A stretch of 64,000 bases of DNA from Longimicrobiales bacterium (GTDB lineage: Bacteria > Gemmatimonadota > Gemmatimonadetes > Longimicrobiales > Gaopeijiaceae). Of this stretch, positions 62,990-64,000 are shown piece by piece; position 1 is the first letter of the stretch, and each line of letters opens with the position of its first letter. The notes under the pieces are model-generated. The model searched no databases. It worked only from the letters and a program-made list of their open reading frames with translations, and had not been told where the DNA came from. Made by a program: the position numbers and the translations under genes. The stretch lies in contig CBDANQ010000015.1 in NCBI GenBank assembly GCA_965197725.1, positions 1 to 64,000 on the forward strand, in the 5' to 3' direction.

Positions 62990-63530
62990 TCAGTGCCTGT
63001 TGTGGGTTCATTCAGCCCCAGAAGCTGCATGACTCGAATCGACACATCTTCTACGGAGAAGCCCTCCGTGTCTACCTCATACTCCGATCTCGCGTACAGC
63101 GGCATTCGCAGAAGCAATAGTTCTTGTGCCGCGGCGAGAGCGTCCGGCCTCCTCAACAACGGGCGGTAGTGCGGCTGAGTGCCCGCGCGCCGAACCGCCT
63201 CTTCAGCGCTCACGCGGAGCCAAACGGTAGTGGTTCCCCGAGAGAGGTCGTTCAGTCGGCCGGGCACCGCAGCCCAGCCCCCGCCGCTCGCGACGACGAC
63301 ATGCTCCTCCATCAGGAGCGACTGCATGACCTCGTGCTCGATCTCTCGGAATCGAGGCTCACCGAGCGTCGAGAAGATGTCCGGGATCAGAATGCCCTGT
63401 TCTCGCTCCACGGCGTCGTCCGCATCGGCGAAGCGCCAACCCAGACGCCCTGCCAGGTCCGCACCCACGCTGGACTTGCCCGACCCATGAATCCCACGAG
63501 AAGTATTCGGAGGGGGTCGGACCCGGTCAC
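62986..63530 (-). CDS. aroK: Shikimate kinase; frameshifted near the P-loop as sequenced
   Basis: ILLVGFMG in one frame and SGKSSVG...FADAD...FREIE...SGGG...RPLL in another; GTG 63530 overlaps the aroC stop. Confidence 0.9.
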
Positions 63531-64000
63531 CGTTCGCCGAAGTCGCGCTCGGCCAGGTACGCGAGATAGCCATCGAAGTTTCGACGGATCTCGCTGATCG
63601 AGTCTCCGCCGAACTTCTCCAGAAACGCGTCCGCGAGCACCAACGCGACCATCGCCTCCGCTACGACCGCAGCGGCCGGTACCGCGCACACGTCGCTGCG
63701 CTCGACGGCCGCGTCACCCTCGGAGCCATCCCGCAGGTCCACGCTCGGCAGCCGCTTCCTCAGCGTCGAGATCGGCTTCATCGCGCCACGAACAATGAGC
63801 GGCTCACCGGTCGTAACGCCGCCTTCGAGCCCCCCAGCCCGATTCGATGCGCGGCCGAGGCCACCCGCGCGCGGCTTCTCTTCCGCGCGCACGATATGGT
63901 CGTGAACCTCGGAACCCGGACGTCGCGCACCCTCGAATCCGAGTCCGAGCTCGACCCCTTTCACCGCCTGAATCGACATCACGGCTCCGGCCAGCCGGCC
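63527..64000 (-). CDS. aroC: Chorismate synthase (3' part; the start lies outside the window)
   Basis: [42 protein letters not shown]. Confidence 0.96.
   Translation of the reverse strand, partial: GRLAGAVMSIQAVKGVELGLGFEGARRPGSEVHDHIVRAEEKPRAGGLGRASNRAGGLEGGVTTGEPLIVRGAMKPISTLRKRLPSVDLRDGSEGDAAVERSDVCAVPAAAVVAEAMVALVLADAFLEKFGGDSISEIRRNFDGYLAYLAERDFGER

Overview
GC-rich (about two-thirds by eye) bacterial chromosomal segment that is mostly core genome. Gene content and order suggest Gemmatimonadota (inference, not verified). It carries a complete F1Fo ATP synthase operon, dnaK, an HtrA protease, tRNA-Leu(TAG)-tig-clpP-clpX-lon-engB, and aroC-aroK-topA-trmFO-xerC followed by hslV-hslU-argF-gcvT-mog-sigma54 activator. 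Also present are PBP1A, mltG, ruvX, etfAB, moeA, aroB, thiD/thiE, nucleoside salvage genes, pilD and others. I saw no prophage, IS element, CRISPR array or rRNA. Two candidate systems stand out. (1) At 0.6-3.5 kb, a small secreted peptide gene missing from the ORF track (lipoprotein-type signal, 7-aa GAH[H/N]PD[G/P] repeats) lies between a REC-like/AraC regulator and a GAF-like/TPR protein. This resembles a Rap-Phr/RRNPP-type peptide-signalling cassette in a diderm. (2) dnaK and hslV each have a GG-N10-GC sigma54 promoter with the same nearby palindrome CTGCC-N5-GGCAG and no CIRCE, and the hslVU operon ends in a pseudo-receiver sigma54 activator, which suggests a sigma54-run heat-shock regulon. 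Frameshifts in topA and aroK near the window end look like homopolymer sequencing errors, so single-base oddities elsewhere need checking against reads. All family assignments come from motif recognition by eye; no searches were run.
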